NCBI RefSeq assembly: GCF_032191835.1
Contig: NC_083237.1
Location: 40,672,001-40,736,000 of the forward strand
DNA length: 64,000 nt
Reading direction: 5' to 3'
DNA from: Heteronotia binoei
Taxonomy: Eukaryota
Shown here: positions 62,001-64,000 of the stretch, one piece after another
Layout: each line of letters opens with the position of its first letter
Numbering within the stretch: position 1 is the first letter of the stretch
The notes under the pieces: model-generated
What the model was told of the DNA's origin: nothing
Databases searched by the model: none
Seen by the model: only the letters and a program-made list of their open reading frames with translations
Position numbers and translations under genes: made by a program

Positions 62001-63299
62001 CAAAGCTAGTTGGATCCAACACAACTGGATTGAAGGGACTGGTGTCTGTCAGCCATTGCTCCTGAACACCCTAATGTGAATTCAAAGGAAATTCCATCCG
62101 ATTTTGGGGGTTTTTCTACAGGCAAAACTTCTGCAAAATGCTGAGGAGAGCATATTTAATAGCCTTTCCAGTGATTGATAGAAATATTAGTGGTCATCCA
62201 AAAAGGAGTCTTGTGGTACCTCAAGGGAAGTATAAGCTTTCATGATTAGAGCACAGTTCATGACAGGATTGGAATCAGTCTAAAGTTAGCAGATATGCAT
62301 ATACTCCCATCCTCACAAATTGCAAATAATGTAGTCAAAAGGCCACAAAATGCAGGAGGTACAGTCTGTGTCATTTGCATGAAAACCATAAATAGATATA
62401 AGACCAGTCACTATTCACAATAGCAGATCTTCAGAACGACGGCTTATTTATTTATGTTTTGCTTGCTAAATCTGAAAGTACTAACCATAGTCCTTTTACC
62501 TCACTTGGAATGATGAAGAGGTTTTCCCTTCATTTTTGGCAGTGAAAACCCAGTATATAGGAATATGCATTACTAAAATCCTGAAGTGACAATATACAAG
62601 GAAATTGCTAGTTCAAGTCATTACCATGATTTTCTGGAAATAGTAACACAAATCTGATATTCATACATATCACCAAAAAAAACACAAACCCTTACCTGAA
62701 AGATCTACACTGTTTTTCATCTTTTGGCATTTCTAGCCAGCTAAGTTTACAATAGTTTTTCATTGATTTTACAGATCTTCCAGGGAATGTCATTTCTCCT
62801 TTCTAAATGTATCCTTGAAAGGGAGGAACTAGGAATATATAAATGAATCATTCCCCTCCCCCCCTCCCATTGGACCTGAAAAATATTGGTATTCTCATAT
62901 ATTCCTGAATATTGGTTTTGTGTTGGGATTCAGGTAAATATTCAGGAAACCCGAATTTATTCAGCTCCATTATACGTATTAGGAGACCATTGCTGTAGGG
63001 TATAATGGAGAAGGGATTTAAACTTTAAATGATTGCTGAGTTCACTCACTGAATTGAGCTGCCATGGCAGTGCAATTTTGTGAGTGTATTCAGAAGGGAT
63101 TTAAATTTTAAATGTTTGCTGGGTTCATTTGCAGAGTCATGACACCACAGCATGACTTGGCAACTGAACTCAGAAGCCATTTAATGTGCCCACAGTCTCT
63201 TTAAATACTTTCATTCTAGCTATGCCCAAATAAATGGAGGGGAAATGGCTTTTTATTTGGGCATGGCTATTTCAGTATTTGCCCCAAAGAGCCTTATGC

Positions 63300-63712
63300 T
63301 CAGCCAGCCAAGTTGGTTATCCCCAGCCTGAAAGATATCTGATTAGCCTTGGGCCATTGCGTTTTCTGGCTTGGCCCCAGTGTAGTGGAACATGCTTCCT
63401 TTTGAGATCAGGGCCTTGACAGACCTTTTATTGTTCTGCAGGGCCAGTAAAAAGAAGCTGTTCCACCAGGCTTTTGGTTGAGGTGACAGACCTCCATGTA
63501 ATTTGGTCTCCCAACCACAGCTCATCTCTTCATGGGCCAGTTTTGATAAGGTTCTGCTCAGCAGCACCTGTCTCTGACTTTGTTTCTGCCTAGTCAACAG
63601 CTGTCTGTTTTAAATCTTAACTGTTTAATATATTTATGTTTTACCTTATTTTGTAATTCTATACATTGTAATCTGCCCTAAGCCTGTTTGCAGGGATAAA
63701 GAAATATAAATC
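63300..63712 (+). mobile_element. Old L2 3' end
   Basis: gagatcagggcc...aagaagctgttccaccaggctttt, AT-rich UTR; (TAAA)n tail resumes after the SINE. Confidence 0.6.
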
Positions 63713-63982
63713 AGAGCCAGTTTGGTGTAGTGGTTAAGTGCACAGACTTTTATCTGGGAGAACCAGGTTTGATTCCCCACTCCTCTACTTGCAGCTGCTG
63801 AAATGGCCTTGGGTCAGCCATACCTCTTGTAGAGTTGTCCTTGAAAGCGAGAGCGCTCTCAGCCCTACCTACTTCAAAGGGTGTTTGCTGTGGGGGAGGA
63901 AGGTAAAAGAGAATGTAAGCTGCTCTGAGACTCTGAGATTCAGAATGCAGGGTGGAATATAAATCCAGTATCTTCTTCTTCT
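63713..63982 (+). mobile_element. Squam3-like SINE inserted in the L2 tail
   Basis: A/B boxes, (TCT)n tail, 9-bp TSD AATATAAAT (63703-63711, 63983-63991). Confidence 0.85.
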
Positions 63983-64000
63983 AATATAAATAAATAAATA

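Noticed and set aside
63010-63135. ~83-bp tandem duplication (agaagggatttaaa...)
   Set aside because: Appears to lie inside a common dispersed repeat related to ~32070-32110; no evidence of function
1-64000. Prokaryotic RT systems (retron, DGR, CRISPR-RT) or CRISPR arrays
   Set aside because: All RTs are LTR or LINE type in vertebrate repeat context; no regularly spaced repeat-spacer array seen

Overview
Vertebrate genomic DNA, most likely a squamate and probably a gecko (inferred from Sauria-, Squam3- and 5S-derived SINEs, BovB, CR1, L2 and RTE-X). The window is a tandem cluster of four intact single-coding-exon class II olfactory receptor genes, all on the minus strand, embedded in dense nested transposable elements. 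These include three chromodomain Ty3/Gypsy (Sushi/Tf1-type) elements, one complete in outline with both LTRs and a 5-bp TSD, two well-supported solo LTRs, a probably full-length RTE-X LINE, and many L2/CR1/BovB/L1 fragments, SINEs and hAT MITEs. There are two assembly gaps. No prokaryotic systems, CRISPR arrays or true tRNA/rRNA genes were seen. Main observations: (1) the complete Gypsy has no tRNA primer-binding site; instead an 11-mer just inside its 5' LTR is complementary to an 11-mer in its own R region (Tf1-type self-priming), and a related motif recurs in three otherwise dissimilar LTRs; (2) a LINE insertion with 3' tails at both ends inside one 15-bp TSD; (3) a SINE co-inserted with an inverted copy of nearby DNA inside one 11-bp TSD; (4) a cryptic fifth OR unit lacking its coding exon and an A-B-A-B duplication pattern; (5) two independent Gypsy insertions 30 bp apart in L2 coordinates. 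All alignments and counts were done by eye. Coordinates tied to TSDs, TIRs or ORFs are exact; others are approximate.
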